IMG/VR virus record: IMGVR_UViG_2660238580_000002
Strand: one strand, 5' to 3'
Source: a virus
Taxonomy: Duplodnaviria; Heunggongvirae; Uroviricota; Caudoviricetes
Length of the DNA stretch: 64,000 bases
Both the position numbers and the translations under genes were made by a program. Shown one piece after another: positions 1 to 15,390 of this stretch. Under the pieces are notes generated by a model. The model saw only the letters and a list, made by a program, of their open reading frames with translations, did not search any database and was not told the origin of the DNA. Within the stretch, counting starts at the first letter, position 1, and each line of letters starts with the position of its first letter.

Positions 1-20
1 ATTTCGTATAGAGTCTCACT

Positions 21-611
21 ATGTCTCGAATTTTTGCTTACTGTCGGATATCAACGCTGGATCAGACCACCGAAAATCAACGCCGGGAAATCGAAAGTGC
101 AGGTTTTAAAATCAAACCTCAGCAAATAATCGAAGAACACATTAGCGGCTCAGCAGCAACCAGTGAGCGTCCTGGTTTTAACCGGTTGCTTGCTCGCCTG
201 AAATGTGGTGATCAATTGATTGTGACAAAACTGGATCGCCTTGGTTGTAATGCAATGGATATCAGGAAAACAGTGGAACAACTGACCGAAACAGGTATCA
301 GAGTGCATTGCTTAGCATTGGGGGGCATTGACCTGACCAGTCCAACAGGAAAAATGATGATGCAAGTAATTTCAGCAGTCGCTGAATTTGAACGAGACCT
401 TTTACTTGAACGCACTCATTCCGGGATAGTAAGAGCCCGGGGCGCAGGGAAACGTTTTGGTCGACCACCTGTGTTAAATGAAGAACAGAAACAGGTGGTA
501 TTCGAACGAATTAAGTCAGGTGTAAGTATAAGTGCCATTGCCCGGGAATTCAAAACCTCGCGGCAAACCATTTTAAGAGCCAAAGCAAAACTTCAGACAC
601 CTGACATATAA
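21..611 (+). CDS. pin: Serine-recombinase DNA invertase (Pin/Gin/Hin family)
   Basis: 196-aa [18 protein letters not shown]... with catalytic-Ser N-terminus and C-terminal HTH; lies beside tfa/stf as in e14/Rac/Qin. Confidence 0.9.
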
Positions 612-708
612 AAAATAATCTCGGTGTGAGATGCTTTACGTCTTCCAAGCCACCTTCCTTGCCGTAAATGGAAAGATACATCTAATTATAGAATTTATAT
701 GTTTTACC

Positions 709-1284
709 CTACGGCAGTGCTGGCCATTCAATATCCTGTGCAGTTGACGTATCAACACGGTTCAGCAATACCCGATACTTTTTCCATGCTTCCAGCAACG
801 AGATTTCTTCCTCCGTTGCAATTTCCAGATCTGCAGCATCCTGAAGCGGCGCAATATGCTCACTGGCTACCTGCATCAGGCTGTTTTTTGTTTCTTCCGC
901 CTCCCGGATCCGGAACAGTTTTTCTGCTTCCGTATCCTTCACCCAGGCTGTGCCGTTCCACTTCTGATATTCCCCTCCCGGCGATAACCAGGTAACATTT
1001 TCCGGTAACGGACCGAGTTCAGAAATAAATAACGCGTCGCCGGAAGCCACGTCATAAACCGTTTTACCCCGATGATCTTCAACGAGATGCCACGATGCCT
1101 CATCACTGTTGAAAACAGCCACGAAGCCTGCCGGAATATCTGGCGGTGCAATATCGATACTGTTTGCTGGCAGACCTGTATGAGGCGGAATATATGCGTC
1201 ACCTTCACCAATAAATTCATTAGTTCCGGCCAGCAGATTATAAATTTTTATGGTCCGTGGTTGTTCACTCATTCTGAATGCCAT
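709..1284 (-). CDS. tfa: Tail fiber assembly protein
   Basis: 191-aa ORF directly downstream of stf, start overlapping stf stop; Tfa-like sequence. Confidence 0.8.
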   Translation of the reverse strand: MAFRMSEQPRTIKIYNLLAGTNEFIGEGDAYIPPHTGLPANSIDIAPPDIPAGFVAVFNSDEASWHLVEDHRGKTVYDVASGDALFISELGPLPENVTWLSPGGEYQKWNGTAWVKDTEAEKLFRIREAEETKNSLMQVASEHIAPLQDAADLEIATEEEISLLEAWKKYRVLLNRVDTSTAQDIEWPALP

Positions 1285-4200
1285 TATGCAAGCCTCACAA
1301 TATAGTTAAATGCGATGTTTTTGACGGTGTTTTCCGCGTTACCAGCAGCGTTAACGGTGATGGTATGTCCATGTGAACCAATCGCAACGGAGTGCGTATG
1401 AGCACCAATACCGACAGTATGTGCGTGTGCACCTGCGCTTGCAGCAGTACCCGATACAGAGTGCGTATGAGCGCCTGCAGAAGAAGTGTTAACACTGTAT
1501 TTAGAGTAATCAGGTGATCCACTTCCCGGAGCACCACTGGAACCACCTGAAACAAATGTCATCGAATGGGTATGTGCACCGGCTGAAGCAGCCGTACCGC
1601 TAACACTATGGGTATGCGCACCAGTGTTATTCGTGGATTTAGTGCCGTAATCAAACGACGATGTGGTTTTCGTCCCCAAATCCGTACTGGATACGCTGGC
1701 GCTGTGGGTGTGTGATTTAATGCCGTCCTGTTCCTGAGACAATACGGCTCGATCACTGGCGGGCTTGCCCTTAATCGTCCAGCCACGCATATCAGGGATC
1801 ACGCCTGACGGATAAGCGGCTGCAAGTTTCGGGTAAGCAGATTTGTCAAAAGTCTGCCCCTGCATCAGGGCATAACCAGACGGAACGGTATCTGATGGCC
1901 ACGGGATTGGTGCACCGACTGGATAAAACTCTGCAGGAGGATGAGCCGAGGTGTAAAGCTGCGCCCACGGCGACCAGTTTGCGTCGGTCGTATCCCGTCG
2001 TGAACGAATAAATGCCGGAGCATGAGCACCGCTTGTACCACTCCAGCCGATGAGTAACTCACCTTCGCCAACGGCTGTCATCCCTTTCAGGTGAATGATA
2101 TTTCCATACGCTGTTGGATATCCGTTGTTATACACCTCGTATAACTCAAGACCTGTTGCCCCCTGCGTATTGTCTGTCAGCGCGGTTACCCGACCTTTTG
2201 AAGACAGATTAACTGATGATACTGCTGTTCCACCTGACGGTAACGCCCCGATCTCTGATGCCGTTGGCTTATTTCTGGAGTTATAGTCCCTTCGCCAGCC
2301 AGGTGAATAATCTGTTCCGTGATTAATATAGGTAAACTGGGCGTTAGTTGTTCCACCACCAGTGGAGGTGGTCGGTGTGGTAATGCGGATCGTCATCGCT
2401 GACTTTATCCCCATTACTTCAATGACAGCTCCGGCGAGATGAATATTACCGCAGCCAGTATCAGTAATGATTTTATTATTGCCATAAGACCAGGAACCCT
2501 TGCACATCCAGTATGGATGGTTAAATGCTCCCTGAGAATCCAGCCACTCGATAAACTGTGCAGTCGTCCAGTTTCCTGTTGTTGTGCTTACTGACCCACC
2601 GAAGGCACGGCAGGCACCAATATTTTTCGTAAAGGTGTCTTTGCCAGGGATATCCGCACCGTTCTGATCTTTCTGCAGACGTTTCTCAGCATTGTCATTG
2701 GCTGCTTTTACTGCCTTTGGCGTTGCCGCCAGCGTTTCAGACGTGCTGTTGGTCGCGCTGCTTAGCTGGATTATCCCTTTCTGTGCTGTCGTTGCATCCT
2801 GTGCGGTGTATTTCCCGTTAGCCAGGTCATACGCGGCCTTAACGGCTTTTGGCGTTGCCGCCAGTGACTCGGAAGTGCTGTTGGTCGCACTGCTGAGCTG
2901 TACTATCCCCTTTTTCGTCGTGCTCGCATCCTCAAGCGCCACGGCGGATGCAATATCCTCTGCCCGTTTTGCCGCTGTCTCAGCGCGCGTTGCTGCAGAT
3001 TCCGCCGTACTTTTGCTCTGAGCTGCTGCCGTCGCACTGCCAGCTGCCTCTGTCGCCTTCGTGGATGCCGTCGTGGCGCTACCCTTCGCTGCTGACGCCT
3101 GTCTGGTCGCCTCATCTTTTGAAGCAGACGCAGATGATGCCGATGACGACGCCGAACTGGCTGACGATGCGGCAGCCGTTTTTGAGGATTCTGCGCTGGT
3201 TTCCGACGCTTTCGCGTTCGTTTCGGATGTCTTCGCTGCGGAAGCAGACCTCGCTGCTGCGCTGGCCTGTTCAGTGGCTTCGCCAGCCTTCGTTGTGGCT
3301 GTTGAAGCAGACGATGCGGCGCTTTCTGCCGATTTTCCGGCGGCGGTGGCACTGGCTGAGGCCTGCCCGGCACTTGTTGACGCTGCACTGGCAGACGACG
3401 CAGCCGCTGTTTTTGAGCCTGCCGCAGCCGAGGCGCTCTGTCCCGCTGCCGTTTCAGAAGACCTGGCGTTCGTCTCTGACGTTTTTGCCGCCTTCGCGGA
3501 ATTTCCTGCCGCTGTTGCCGAGGAAGCTGCGCTACTGGCGCTCGAGGATGCGTTCGTTTCTGATGATTTTGCCGCCTCTTTTGAAGCCGCCGCATCCCGG
3601 GCTGAGGTGGCAGCTTCTGACGCTTTCGTAGTCGCGGTGGATGCAGAAGTGGCTGCTGATTGTTGTGACGCTGCAGCATTCGTTTCTGACGTTTTCGCGG
3701 CACTGGCACTGGTAGCTGCCGCGCTTTTTGAGGACTCTGCAGCGGCAGCACTTTTTGATGCTTCAGTGGCCTTTGTTGATGCCGTTCCTGCGCTGGAAGT
3801 CGCTGACTGAGCCGACGACGCGGCCTGTCCGGCTGACGTGCTGGCTGCGCGTGCTGAGCCTGCAGCATCAGTCGCATGGGTTGCCGCCTCACGGGCTGAT
3901 GTGCTGGCATCACTGGCTGACTTCTTCGCGGCTGCCGTGTTCTGTGCCACCACGGACGCGTTACGCGCCACCTCTTCCACCATCAGCTCAAAACGGCGCA
4001 GTGCCTCCGGACGGGCATCATCCTCCGTCATGGCACCGAGAAAATCATTCAGCGTACCGGGTCGGGAATCTTCATACACTGTGATGGTCCCGGCATGTGA
4101 CGGCGGGAATCCTTCCACCAACAGAATAACGCTGTACTGACCGTACTCAACGTCCATACTGTAACGCCCGGCTTCATCCGGATTTTCAGATGCCAGCGTG

Positions 4201-4313
4201 TTCACCACCACCGTGGTACTGTTACGTTTTGCTTTCAGCTGGATTGTGCAGTTCTGTACCGGTTTTCCTGTGCCGTCTTTCAGTACACCTGAAATTTTTA
4301 CTGCCATATTCAC
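1284..4313 (-). CDS. stf: Side tail fiber protein with Ala/Ser/Thr-rich central repeats and C-terminal GAHTHS repeats
   Basis: 1009-aa ORF; lambdoid Stf-like N-terminus, low-complexity repeat core. Confidence 0.85.
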   Translation of the reverse strand: MNMAVKISGVLKDGTGKPVQNCTIQLKAKRNSTTVVVNTLASENPDEAGRYSMDVEYGQYSVILLVEGFPPSHAGTITVYEDSRPGTLNDFLGAMTEDDARPEALRRFELMVEEVARNASVVAQNTAAAKKSASDASTSAREAATHATDAAGSARAASTSAGQAASSAQSATSSAGTASTKATEASKSAAAAESSKSAAATSASAAKTSETNAAASQQSAATSASTATTKASEAATSARDAAASKEAAKSSETNASSSASSAASSATAAGNSAKAAKTSETNARSSETAAGQSASAAAGSKTAAASSASAASTSAGQASASATAAGKSAESAASSASTATTKAGEATEQASAAARSASAAKTSETNAKASETSAESSKTAAASSASSASSSASSASASKDEATRQASAAKGSATTASTKATEAAGSATAAAQSKSTAESAATRAETAAKRAEDIASAVALEDASTTKKGIVQLSSATNSTSESLAATPKAVKAAYDLANGKYTAQDATTAQKGIIQLSSATNSTSETLAATPKAVKAANDNAEKRLQKDQNGADIPGKDTFTKNIGACRAFGGSVSTTTGNWTTAQFIEWLDSQGAFNHPYWMCKGSWSYGNNKIITDTGCGNIHLAGAVIEVMGIKSAMTIRITTPTTSTGGGTTNAQFTYINHGTDYSPGWRRDYNSRNKPTASEIGALPSGGTAVSSVNLSSKGRVTALTDNTQGATGLELYEVYNNGYPTAYGNIIHLKGMTAVGEGELLIGWSGTSGAHAPAFIRSRRDTTDANWSPWAQLYTSAHPPAEFYPVGAPIPWPSDTVPSGYALMQGQTFDKSAYPKLAAAYPSGVIPDMRGWTIKGKPASDRAVLSQEQDGIKSHTHSASVSSTDLGTKTTSSFDYGTKSTNNTGAHTHSVSGTAASAGAHTHSMTFVSGGSSGAPGSGSPDYSKYSVNTSSAGAHTHSVSGTAASAGAHAHTVGIGAHTHSVAIGSHGHTITVNAAGNAENTVKNIAFNYIVRLA

Positions 4314-4371
4314 CCCACAAAAAAGCCCGCCTGAACCGGCGGGCTGTCATAACACTGTGTTACCTGGCTAA

Positions 4372-4971
4372 TCAGAATTTATAACCAACACCCACGATGA
4401 ACCCGTCAGTGCGCCAGTCACCACTGCCGGAGCCTTCATAAGCGACATCAATGGCCACGGATTCGGTCGGGTTAAACTGCACGCCAGCTCCCCACGCCAG
4501 AGACGTGTTGCTGTGGCGACCGTCATCACTTCCGGTCAGCACGTCGTGCGTTTTCCCCTTGTTGTCAGTTACGCGGAGATAATCCCCGGAGAAAGTCGAC
4601 ACACGGCTGTAAGCCATACCCGCCATCGCATACGCGCTGAACCATTCATTCACGCGCACAGACGGCCCCGCCATCACGCTGAACCAGCGGTTACGCACGG
4701 AATCTTCATGCCAGCGGGTATCGCTGTAACGGGTAAGCTGGCGATTCTTGTCTCCTGCATAGCTGAATGACGTCACCAGCCCCAGTGTGTCCGTAAACTC
4801 ATAACGGTATTTCACGTTAATCCCGTTCAGATCATCGCTGCCGGGAACGTTCGTCGAGGCATGAAGATACCCCGCGCTCAGCGTGGACTGATGTTCAGAC
4901 GCCCATGCAGGCGCACCGGATACGGCCAGACAAATGGCTGCGGACAAAATGGCGGCATAAAGTTTACGCAT
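4372..4971 (-). CDS. lom: Lom-like outer membrane beta-barrel protein (Ail/Lom/OmpX family)
   Basis: 199-aa ORF with signal peptide and C-terminal ...GYKF; position between J and stf as in lambda. Confidence 0.85.
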
Positions 4972-5037
4972 AATTACCTCTCGCTTTTCTGCAATAAAAA
5001 AGGCGTCATTTCTGACGCCCGTTCTGGGTTATAAAAT

Positions 5038-8439
<3,402 letters not shown>

Positions 8440-8496
8440 TCACGCTCCATAAATGACAAAACCGCCCGCAGGCGGTTTCACATAAAACATTTTGCA

Positions 8497-9168
8497 TCAG
8501 CGACCAATCACCACAACCTGACCACCGTCCCCTTCGTCTGCCGTGCTGATCTCCTGAGAAACCACGCGTGACCCCACGCGCATTTCCCCGTACAGAACAG
8601 GCAGAACATTGCCCTGGGCAACCATGTTATCCAGTGAGGAGAAATAGGTGTTCTGCTTACCGTTATCCGTTGTCTGTGTACGGGGAGTTCTGGCTTTCGG
8701 TGCCAGCATCTGCGCCACACCACCGAACACCATACTGGCACCGAGAGAAAACAGGATGCCGGTCATACCACCGGCCCCAATGGCTGCCCCCCATGCTGCA
8801 AGGGTGGCTCCGGCGGTAAAGAATGATCCGGCAATGGCGGCAGCCCCCAGGACAATCTGGATTACGCCACCTGACTTGGCCCCGGCGACTCTGGGAACAA
8901 TATGAATCACAGCGCCATCAGGCAGAGTCTCATGTAACTGCGCCGTTAACCCGGACGTGCTGACGTCCCGCCCGGCAATCCGTACCTGATACCAGCCGTC
9001 GCTCAGTTTCTGACGAAACGCCGGGAGCTGTGTGGCCAGTGCCCGGATGGCTTCAGCCCCCGTTTTCACACGAAGGTCGATGCGGCGACCAAATCGTTGT
9101 AAATCCCCGTAAAGGCAGATGCGCGCCATGCCCGGTGACGCCAGAGGGAGTGTGTGCGTCGCTGCCAT
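8497..9168 (-). CDS. I: Tail assembly protein I
   Basis: 223-aa ORF, lambda gpI length and gene order. Confidence 0.9.
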   Translation of the reverse strand: MAATHTLPLASPGMARICLYGDLQRFGRRIDLRVKTGAEAIRALATQLPAFRQKLSDGWYQVRIAGRDVSTSGLTAQLHETLPDGAVIHIVPRVAGAKSGGVIQIVLGAAAIAGSFFTAGATLAAWGAAIGAGGMTGILFSLGASMVFGGVAQMLAPKARTPRTQTTDNGKQNTYFSSLDNMVAQGNVLPVLYGEMRVGSRVVSQEISTADEGDGGQVVVIGR

Positions 9169-9809
9169 TTGTCGGTGTACCTCTCTCGTTTGCTCAGTTG
9201 TTCAGGAATATGGTGCAGCAGCTCGCCGTCGCCGCAGTAAATTGCGGCGTGATTCGGCACCGATGAACCAAAACAGCACAGCAGCACATCGCCCGGCTGT
9301 GCCGCTGACAACGGCACCTGATACAGCCCCGTCGCCTCCAGATTATCCAGATAGAGATTCTGGCCGTTACGCCACCAGTCATCCTCACGATGAAAGTCCG
9401 GCATCTCAATCCCCGCCAGATGATAAGCATCCCGGAACAGTGTGTAACAGTCCGTCACACCGTGCTCAAAGCGCCGCCCGGTGAGATGCGGCACACAGCG
9501 GAACTTATGAATCGTCCCCCGGCAGACCAGCCACCACGGCAAATCACTCTGCACCTGCAGCCGCCGGTCGGCCTCACTCAGCCAGGGCAGACCACCGGGG
9601 TGGCTGTGGACCAGCGCCACAATCTCACCCTGCATTTCTGCCTGCAGCCAGTCTTCCGGCGACATACGGAAATACGCCTCCGGCTCACCGGAGATATTCA
9701 CGCAGGGGAAATATCTTTCCCCCTCCGGCGTGCTTACCACGAAGCCGCACGACTCCGCTGGCGCACATCGCCGGGCGTGCGCCAGAATCGCTGATTCTGT
9801 CTGTGTCAT
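9066..9809 (-). CDS. K: Tail assembly protein K (JAMM/MPN + NlpC/P60)
   Basis: ORF with HSHPGG JAMM-like motif; overlaps I as in lambda; true start may be internal. Confidence 0.85.
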   Translation of the reverse strand: MTQTESAILAHARRCAPAESCGFVVSTPEGERYFPCVNISGEPEAYFRMSPEDWLQAEMQGEIVALVHSHPGGLPWLSEADRRLQVQSDLPWWLVCRGTIHKFRCVPHLTGRRFEHGVTDCYTLFRDAYHLAGIEMPDFHREDDWWRNGQNLYLDNLEATGLYQVPLSAAQPGDVLLCCFGSSVPNHAAIYCGDGELLHHIPEQLSKRERYTDKWQRRTHSLWRHRAWRASAFTGIYNDLVAASTFV

Positions 9810-9814
9810 GGGAT

Positions 9815-10513
9815 TTACTGCGAAAGTTTGTTAATGGAAAGGAAGCCGCCAAAGTTGCCGACGTTATTGCGGAACTTACAACCGCTCAGGCATTTGCTGC
9901 ATTTATCCTTCGTGATATCGGACGTTGGCTGGTCATATTCATCCGCGACAGCCGGACCGCTATAACCGCACTCGTCACCGCGATAGGTCCAGGTGCAGGT
10001 GTTGGCCAGCATGATACGTCCCGGAAAAACAGCGCCATCCGTTTCCGTCGGCGTGGACAGTACAAAGGAGGCACTCACCGCGCTCAGTTCGCTGCACTGC
10101 TCAATGCGCCAGCGGCTGATCACCTCCTGCTCCGGATCGGCGTAACTGTTTCCGTTGACGAAGTTCACCGCATCCAGAAAACGGGCGTAAACCTTACGCC
10201 GGACCACCGTTCCGCCGACCAGACTCTGCATATCTTCCGCCATCCCGGTGACCATACCGTACAGGTTAGAAACCGTCAGCGTGGGGCGCGTACTGGTGCC
10301 TTTGCCATTCAGTTCAAAACCGCTCCCCTGAATGGGATACGGCTGATACTGTCGCCCCTGCCAGGTGACCGGCTCACCTTTTTCGTTCTGCTCATTACAG
10401 AAAAAATAACGTTCTCCACCGACCTCTGTCAGGTCGATTTCCCAGAGCACCACGCTGGCCGACTGCTCCGCACGGGTGCATTCATTCAGTGTTTCCTGCC
10501 GGATATCCTGCAT
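9815..10513 (-). CDS. L: Minor tail protein L
   Basis: 232-aa ORF, lambda gpL length and order. Confidence 0.9.
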   Translation of the reverse strand: MQDIRQETLNECTRAEQSASVVLWEIDLTEVGGERYFFCNEQNEKGEPVTWQGRQYQPYPIQGSGFELNGKGTSTRPTLTVSNLYGMVTGMAEDMQSLVGGTVVRRKVYARFLDAVNFVNGNSYADPEQEVISRWRIEQCSELSAVSASFVLSTPTETDGAVFPGRIMLANTCTWTYRGDECGYSGPAVADEYDQPTSDITKDKCSKCLSGCKFRNNVGNFGGFLSINKLSQ

Positions 10514-10842
10514 CAGTTCACCACCTGTTCAAACTCTGCGCTGAACTCAACACGCAGCATACTGACCCGCGACGACCATTTTGCGCAGGTCACCTTTATC
10601 TGCCGCCACTCATAAGGCGGCGTCCACAGAAAGGATTTCCAGCCCCCGTGCTCTTCCAGAAACGACTCCAGTACCGTGGCCTCCTCACGGGGGACAGAAA
10701 GCGTCACGCTGTACGTTTTCAGGTTGGCATTCAGCCCGGCAGGCGCTCGCTGAGAATAGCCATCACCAAAGCGCACCTTTCTTACAGAAGGGATCGAAGC
10801 CACATCCATACCGGGTTTCACTTTCCAGCGGAAGGTCTTCAT
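10513..10842 (-). CDS. M: Minor tail protein M
   Basis: 109-aa ORF, lambda gpM length and order. Confidence 0.9.
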   Translation of the reverse strand: MKTFRWKVKPGMDVASIPSVRKVRFGDGYSQRAPAGLNANLKTYSVTLSVPREEATVLESFLEEHGGWKSFLWTPPYEWRQIKVTCAKWSSRVSMLRVEFSAEFEQVVN

Positions 10843-13400
10843 CGTCCACCTCCGGAGAACAGGCCACCATCACGCATCTGTGTCTGAATTTCATCACGGG
10901 CACCCTTGCGGGCCATGTCATACACCGCCTTCAGAGCAGCCGGACCTATCTGCCCGTTCGTGCCGTCGTTGTTAATCACCACATGGTTATTCTGCTCAAA
11001 CGTCCCGGACGCCTGCGACCGGCTGTCTGCCATGCTGCCCGGTGTACCGACATAACCGCCGGTGGCATAGCCGCGCATCAGCCGGTAAAGATTCCCCACG
11101 CCAATCCGGCTGGTTGCCTCCTTCGTGAAGACAAACTCACCACGGTGAACAATCCCCGCTGGCTCATATTTGCCGCCGGTTCCCGTAAATCCTCCGGTTG
11201 CAAAATGGAATTTCGCCGCAGCGGCCTGAATGGCTGTACCGCCTGACGCGGATGCGCCGCCACCAACAGCCCCGCCAATGGCGCTGCCGATACTCCCGAC
11301 AATCCCCACCATTGCCTGCTTAAGCAGAATTTCTGTCATCATGGACAGCACGGAACGGGTGAAGCTGCGCCAGTTCTGCTCACTGCCGGTCAGCATCGCC
11401 GCCATATTCTGTGCAATACCATCAAAGGTCTGCGTGGCTGCACTTTTTACCTGCGACATACTGTCCGTGGCGCTCTCTTCCCACTCACTCCAGCCGGACT
11501 TCAGGCCTGCCATCCAGTTCCCGCGAAGCTGGTCTTCAGCCGCCCAGGTCTTTTTCTGCTCTGACATGACGTTATTCAGCGCCAGCGGATTATCGCCATA
11601 CTGTTCCTTCAGGCGCTGTTCCGTGGCTTCCCGTTCTGCCTGCCGGTCAGTCAGCCCCCGGCTTTTCGCATCAATGGCGGCCCGTTTTGCCCGTTGCTGC
11701 TGTGCGAATTTATCCGCCTGCTGCGCCAGCGCGTTCAGGCGCTCCTGATACGTAACCTTGTCGCCAAGTGCAGCCAGCTGGCGTTTGTACTCCAGCGTCT
11801 CATCTTTATGCGCCAGCAGGGATTTCTCCTGTGCAGACAGCTGGCGACGTTGCGCCGCCTCCTCCAGTACCGCGAACTGACTCTCCGCCTTCCACAAATC
11901 CCGGCGCTGCTGGCTGATTTTCTCATTTGCTCCGGCATGCTTCTCCAGCGTCCGGAGTTCTGCCTGAAGCGTCAGCAGGGCAGCATGAGCACTGTCTTCC
12001 TGACGATCGCCCGCAGACACCTTCACGCCGGACTGTTTCGGCTTTTTCAGCGTCGCTTCATAATCCTTTTTCGCCGCCGCCATCAGCGTGTTGTAATCCG
12101 CCTGCAGGATTTTCCCGTCTTTCAGTGCCTTGTTCAGTTCTTCCTGACGGGCGGTATATTTCTCCAGCGGCGTCTGCAGCCGTTCGTAAGCCTTCTGCGC
12201 CTCTTCGGTATATTTCAGCCGTGACGCTTCGGTATCGCTCTGCTGCTGCGCATTTTTGTCCTGTTGAGTCTGCTGCTCAGCCTTCTTTCGGGCGGCTTCA
12301 AGCGCAAGACGGGCCTTTTCACGATCATCCCAGTAACGCGCCCGCGCTTCATCGTTAACAAAATAATCATCCTTGCGCAGATTCCAGATGTCGTCTGCTT
12401 TCTTAAACGCAGCCTCTGCCTTAATCAGCATCTCCTGCGCGGTATCAGGACGACCAATATCCAGCACCGCATCCCACATGGATTTGAATGCCCGTGCTGT
12501 CCTGTCTGCCCAGGTCTCCAGCGTGCCCATGTTCTCTTTCAGGCGGCGGGTCTGGTCATCAAACCCTTTCGTTGCGGCCTCGTTCGCCGCCTGCAATGCC
12601 CCGGCTTCATCGCCGGAACGCTGCAACTGAGCAACATACGCAATCTGCTCCGCCGTCACGTTATGGAACTGGCGTGCCATCGCCGTCAGCCCCGACGTCG
12701 GGTCTGTGGTCAGCTTCCCGAAGGCTTCAGCGACCTTGTCCACCTCCACGCCGGATGCAGAGGAGAAACGCGCCACACTCTGGCTGATGGACGCAATCTG
12801 AGCCTCACCGCTTACCCCCGCCTTAACCAGTGCGCTGAGTGACTCGCTGGTCTGGTTAAACGTCAGCCCTGCCGCCTGCCCGGCTCTGGACAGGGCCAGA
12901 ATACGATCTGCCGTCAGTCCCGCCTGATTGCCGGAAAGGACCAGCGTTTTGTTGAAATCGGACAGGGTTGAGTTGCCCTGATACCAGGCATACGCCAGCG
13001 CACCGGTCGCCACCGCCAGCGAGGTGGCCCCCACCATCGGCAGGGTGATCGCACCGGCAAGCCCCCTGAACATGGGGATCATCCCGCCGAAGGAGTCCTT
13101 AACCTGACCACCCTGTTGCAGCAGGATCAGCCACGGACTTTGCCCGCCTGCAAGCTGCGTGGCCACGTCGGTGAACTGTGCAGGCAGCATACGCATGGCG
13201 GCTTTATACTGCCCGACGGAAATCCCCGCTTTCTGTGCAGCCAGCGCCTGTCGGCTCAGCGACTGTTCAACGACTGCCGCTGTTTTTTTCGCATCAGTTT
13301 CCGTACCGGAAAAATGACGCCTGACTCTGGCCATCTGCTCGTCAAATCTGGCCGCATCCAGACTTAAATCAACGACCAGATCGCCTACCGGTTCAGCCAT
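10839..13400 (-). CDS. H: Tail tape measure protein H
   Basis: 853-aa ORF, lambda gpH length, coiled-coil-rich. Confidence 0.95.
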   Translation of the reverse strand: MAEPVGDLVVDLSLDAARFDEQMARVRRHFSGTETDAKKTAAVVEQSLSRQALAAQKAGISVGQYKAAMRMLPAQFTDVATQLAGGQSPWLILLQQGGQVKDSFGGMIPMFRGLAGAITLPMVGATSLAVATGALAYAWYQGNSTLSDFNKTLVLSGNQAGLTADRILALSRAGQAAGLTFNQTSESLSALVKAGVSGEAQIASISQSVARFSSASGVEVDKVAEAFGKLTTDPTSGLTAMARQFHNVTAEQIAYVAQLQRSGDEAGALQAANEAATKGFDDQTRRLKENMGTLETWADRTARAFKSMWDAVLDIGRPDTAQEMLIKAEAAFKKADDIWNLRKDDYFVNDEARARYWDDREKARLALEAARKKAEQQTQQDKNAQQQSDTEASRLKYTEEAQKAYERLQTPLEKYTARQEELNKALKDGKILQADYNTLMAAAKKDYEATLKKPKQSGVKVSAGDRQEDSAHAALLTLQAELRTLEKHAGANEKISQQRRDLWKAESQFAVLEEAAQRRQLSAQEKSLLAHKDETLEYKRQLAALGDKVTYQERLNALAQQADKFAQQQRAKRAAIDAKSRGLTDRQAEREATEQRLKEQYGDNPLALNNVMSEQKKTWAAEDQLRGNWMAGLKSGWSEWEESATDSMSQVKSAATQTFDGIAQNMAAMLTGSEQNWRSFTRSVLSMMTEILLKQAMVGIVGSIGSAIGGAVGGGASASGGTAIQAAAAKFHFATGGFTGTGGKYEPAGIVHRGEFVFTKEATSRIGVGNLYRLMRGYATGGYVGTPGSMADSRSQASGTFEQNNHVVINNDGTNGQIGPAALKAVYDMARKGARDEIQTQMRDGGLFSGGGR

Positions 13401-13827
13401 ACCGGACTCCTCCTGCGATCCCTTCTGATACTGTCATCAGCATTACGTCATCCTCCGTCATGTCCGCCACATCCGGGGAAGCGGGGATAACTTCATTCCC
13501 GTCCGGGCCAAAACGAACGCCTCCGGCAAGCCCTGCCGCTTTCTGCATCAGCACATCATCTTCAGGCTCTTCGTCAGCCTCGCGCCGGTTCAGCAGACTG
13601 AAATCCAGCGGATGCATATCCGGATCGCTGAAAAACAGGCTGAGCACGGTGTACGTCAGCCCGGAAAAGTGCATATCCAGCAGAACATCATGAAAATAAT
13701 GGGTACTGTAAAAGCGGTGCCAGTCGGCATACTCCGTGGATGACATCCCGGCAAGCATGGCACGCCAGTCGGGTCGCCCCATCTCGCGCGCCAGTTTCAG
13801 GGCAAAACTCAGCTCACCGTCGAACAC
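13393..13827 (-). CDS. T: Tail assembly chaperone T segment (made as G-T fusion by -1 frameshift)
   Basis: ORF in -1 frame overlapping end of G; no ATG start. Confidence 0.8.
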   Translation of the reverse strand: MFDGELSFALKLAREMGRPDWRAMLAGMSSTEYADWHRFYSTHYFHDVLLDMHFSGLTYTVLSLFFSDPDMHPLDFSLLNRREADEEPEDDVLMQKAAGLAGGVRFGPDGNEVIPASPDVADMTEDDVMLMTVSEGIAGGVRYG

Positions 13828-14231
13828 TTTCCCGCAGAAACAGGCTCTGCAGGCCCGGCGTCCTCTGCCTGTTCAGGGGCATCATTCACCACAAACTCAT
13901 ACATACCAGACAGCCGGTACACCACGTTTTCAGCATGAGAAATTGCCTCCGTGGGCCAGGTGGTAAGCACTTCCTGCTCAATCTGTTTAACGGCTTCATT
14001 CATGGACGGCATCTGCGTCTTCTGCGGATGGTTATGCCACAGGGACATCGCCACCAGAAACGCGCCGGTTCTGATGGCGTCTTCCACAGTAAACTTCCGG
14101 TTGCTGTCTGACTCCGCCTGTTCTGCCTGCCGTTTCATCAGGGCGAGATGCTCAATGCGCTGCAGGGCTGACAGTTCAGAAAGCGTGACGGTCACACCGT
14201 TATGTTCAAATGATTCGGTTTTCAGGAACAT
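13809..14231 (-). CDS. G: Tail assembly chaperone G
   Basis: 140-aa ORF upstream of T, lambda order. Confidence 0.85.
   Translation of the reverse strand: MFLKTESFEHNGVTVTLSELSALQRIEHLALMKRQAEQAESDSNRKFTVEDAIRTGAFLVAMSLWHNHPQKTQMPSMNEAVKQIEQEVLTTWPTEAISHAENVVYRLSGMYEFVVNDAPEQAEDAGPAEPVSAGKCSTVS
13827..13833 (-). promoter_or_regulatory. Slippery heptamer GGGAAAG for the programmed -1 G-T frameshift
   Basis: GGGAAAG on minus strand in the G/T overlap; conserved lambda mechanism. Confidence 0.75.
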
Positions 14232-14246
14232 CGCTGACTCTCCGGA

Positions 14247-14987
14247 TTAACTGGCGGTGACGGTAATTTCTGCAACCGCAGCAAACTCACCATTACCGGA
14301 TACAACCGGAATGTTGACCTTGCCTGCAGCAACGCCGTTCACGGTGATGGTCATACCACTGACCGACACGGTGGCTTTTGTTTTATCCGCAGACACCGCA
14401 CGAAAGCTCTTGTCGGTTACGCCCTCCGGCTGGAAGGCCACGGTCAGCGTGGTGCTCTGCCCTTTCACCACCGAGGTGCTGGCAGGCGTCACGGTCATGC
14501 CGGTTGCCGCTGTTACCGTGCTGCGATCTTCTGCCATCGACGGACGTCCCACATTGGTGACTTTCACCGTGCGGGTGATCACTTCCTTCGCCGTCACCGC
14601 CTTACCGATACTGCTGACCCAGCCACGGAACACATCGACCGTGCCGTTCGGGAAGCGGATTTTATAGGCACGGGTATCGCCTTCATTAAACCACGCCAGC
14701 AGCGCCTGCTGCCCCTGCTCTCCGGGCATCCACGCCAGCGTGAAGCTGGTATCTCCGGCAGATTTCTGCCCCTGCCCGGTCGCAGTCCAGTCTGCATCTT
14801 CATCATCGAGATAGCTGTCGTCATAGGACTCAGCGGTCAGTTCGCCGGGCGTCAGGTCTTTAACTTTTGCCAGACGCGACCAGTCAACGTCTGAAAGCGG
14901 ATTCGCATAAGGGTCACCGCTCCCCTTATAAACCCACAGGGTGGTCCCGGCACCTTTCACCGGCATTGTAGGATTTGGTACAGGCAT
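14247..14987 (-). CDS. V: Major tail protein V
   Basis: lambda gpV sequence [16 protein letters not shown]...; C-terminal Ig-like domain. Confidence 0.9.
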
Positions 14988-14994
14988 AGCGTCC

Positions 14995-15390
14995 TCACAT
15001 TTCATAGGTAATGACATAAGTCAGATCGGCTGAACTCCACAGGCCCGCATCATCGTCGCGCCGGTAGTCATAGCCGCTGGCCACCATACTGGTGATCAAA
15101 TCTGACAGTGCCGGGATATCGCTCATCACCGGATAAATCCGGGACTCCATCCACGCATCCAGCTCTGAATCCGGCACCTGAGCAGGCAGGAAAACTTCGA
15201 TATGCAGCTCCGCCTGCCAGGTATCGCTGTCCAGCTCTTCGCCCGTGTATTCAGCGCCGGTGAGATAAACGGCAACTGCCGGAAAATCCGCCTCATCAAA
15301 AACAGCGGGGCGACCATCAAAAAACGTCGCCCCGGTGTCATGCTTCTCCAGTGCATCCAGTACGGCTGCACGGAGTTCAGTATGTTTCAT
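14995..15390 (-). CDS. U: Tail terminator protein U
   Basis: 131-aa ORF, lambda gpU length and order. Confidence 0.9.

Noticed and set aside
612-708. Pin-dependent invertible segment or gix-like crossover sites between pin and tfa
   Set aside because: Only one tfa/stf C-terminus set is present and no inverted 26-bp recombination sites could be recognised by eye.
2903-3913. 336-aa Arg/Gln/Pro-rich ORF on the minus strand, and the 249-aa Ala-rich ORF at 3061-3810 on the plus strand
   Set aside because: Alternative-frame and antisense artefacts of the GC-rich Ala/Ser/Thr repeat region inside stf.
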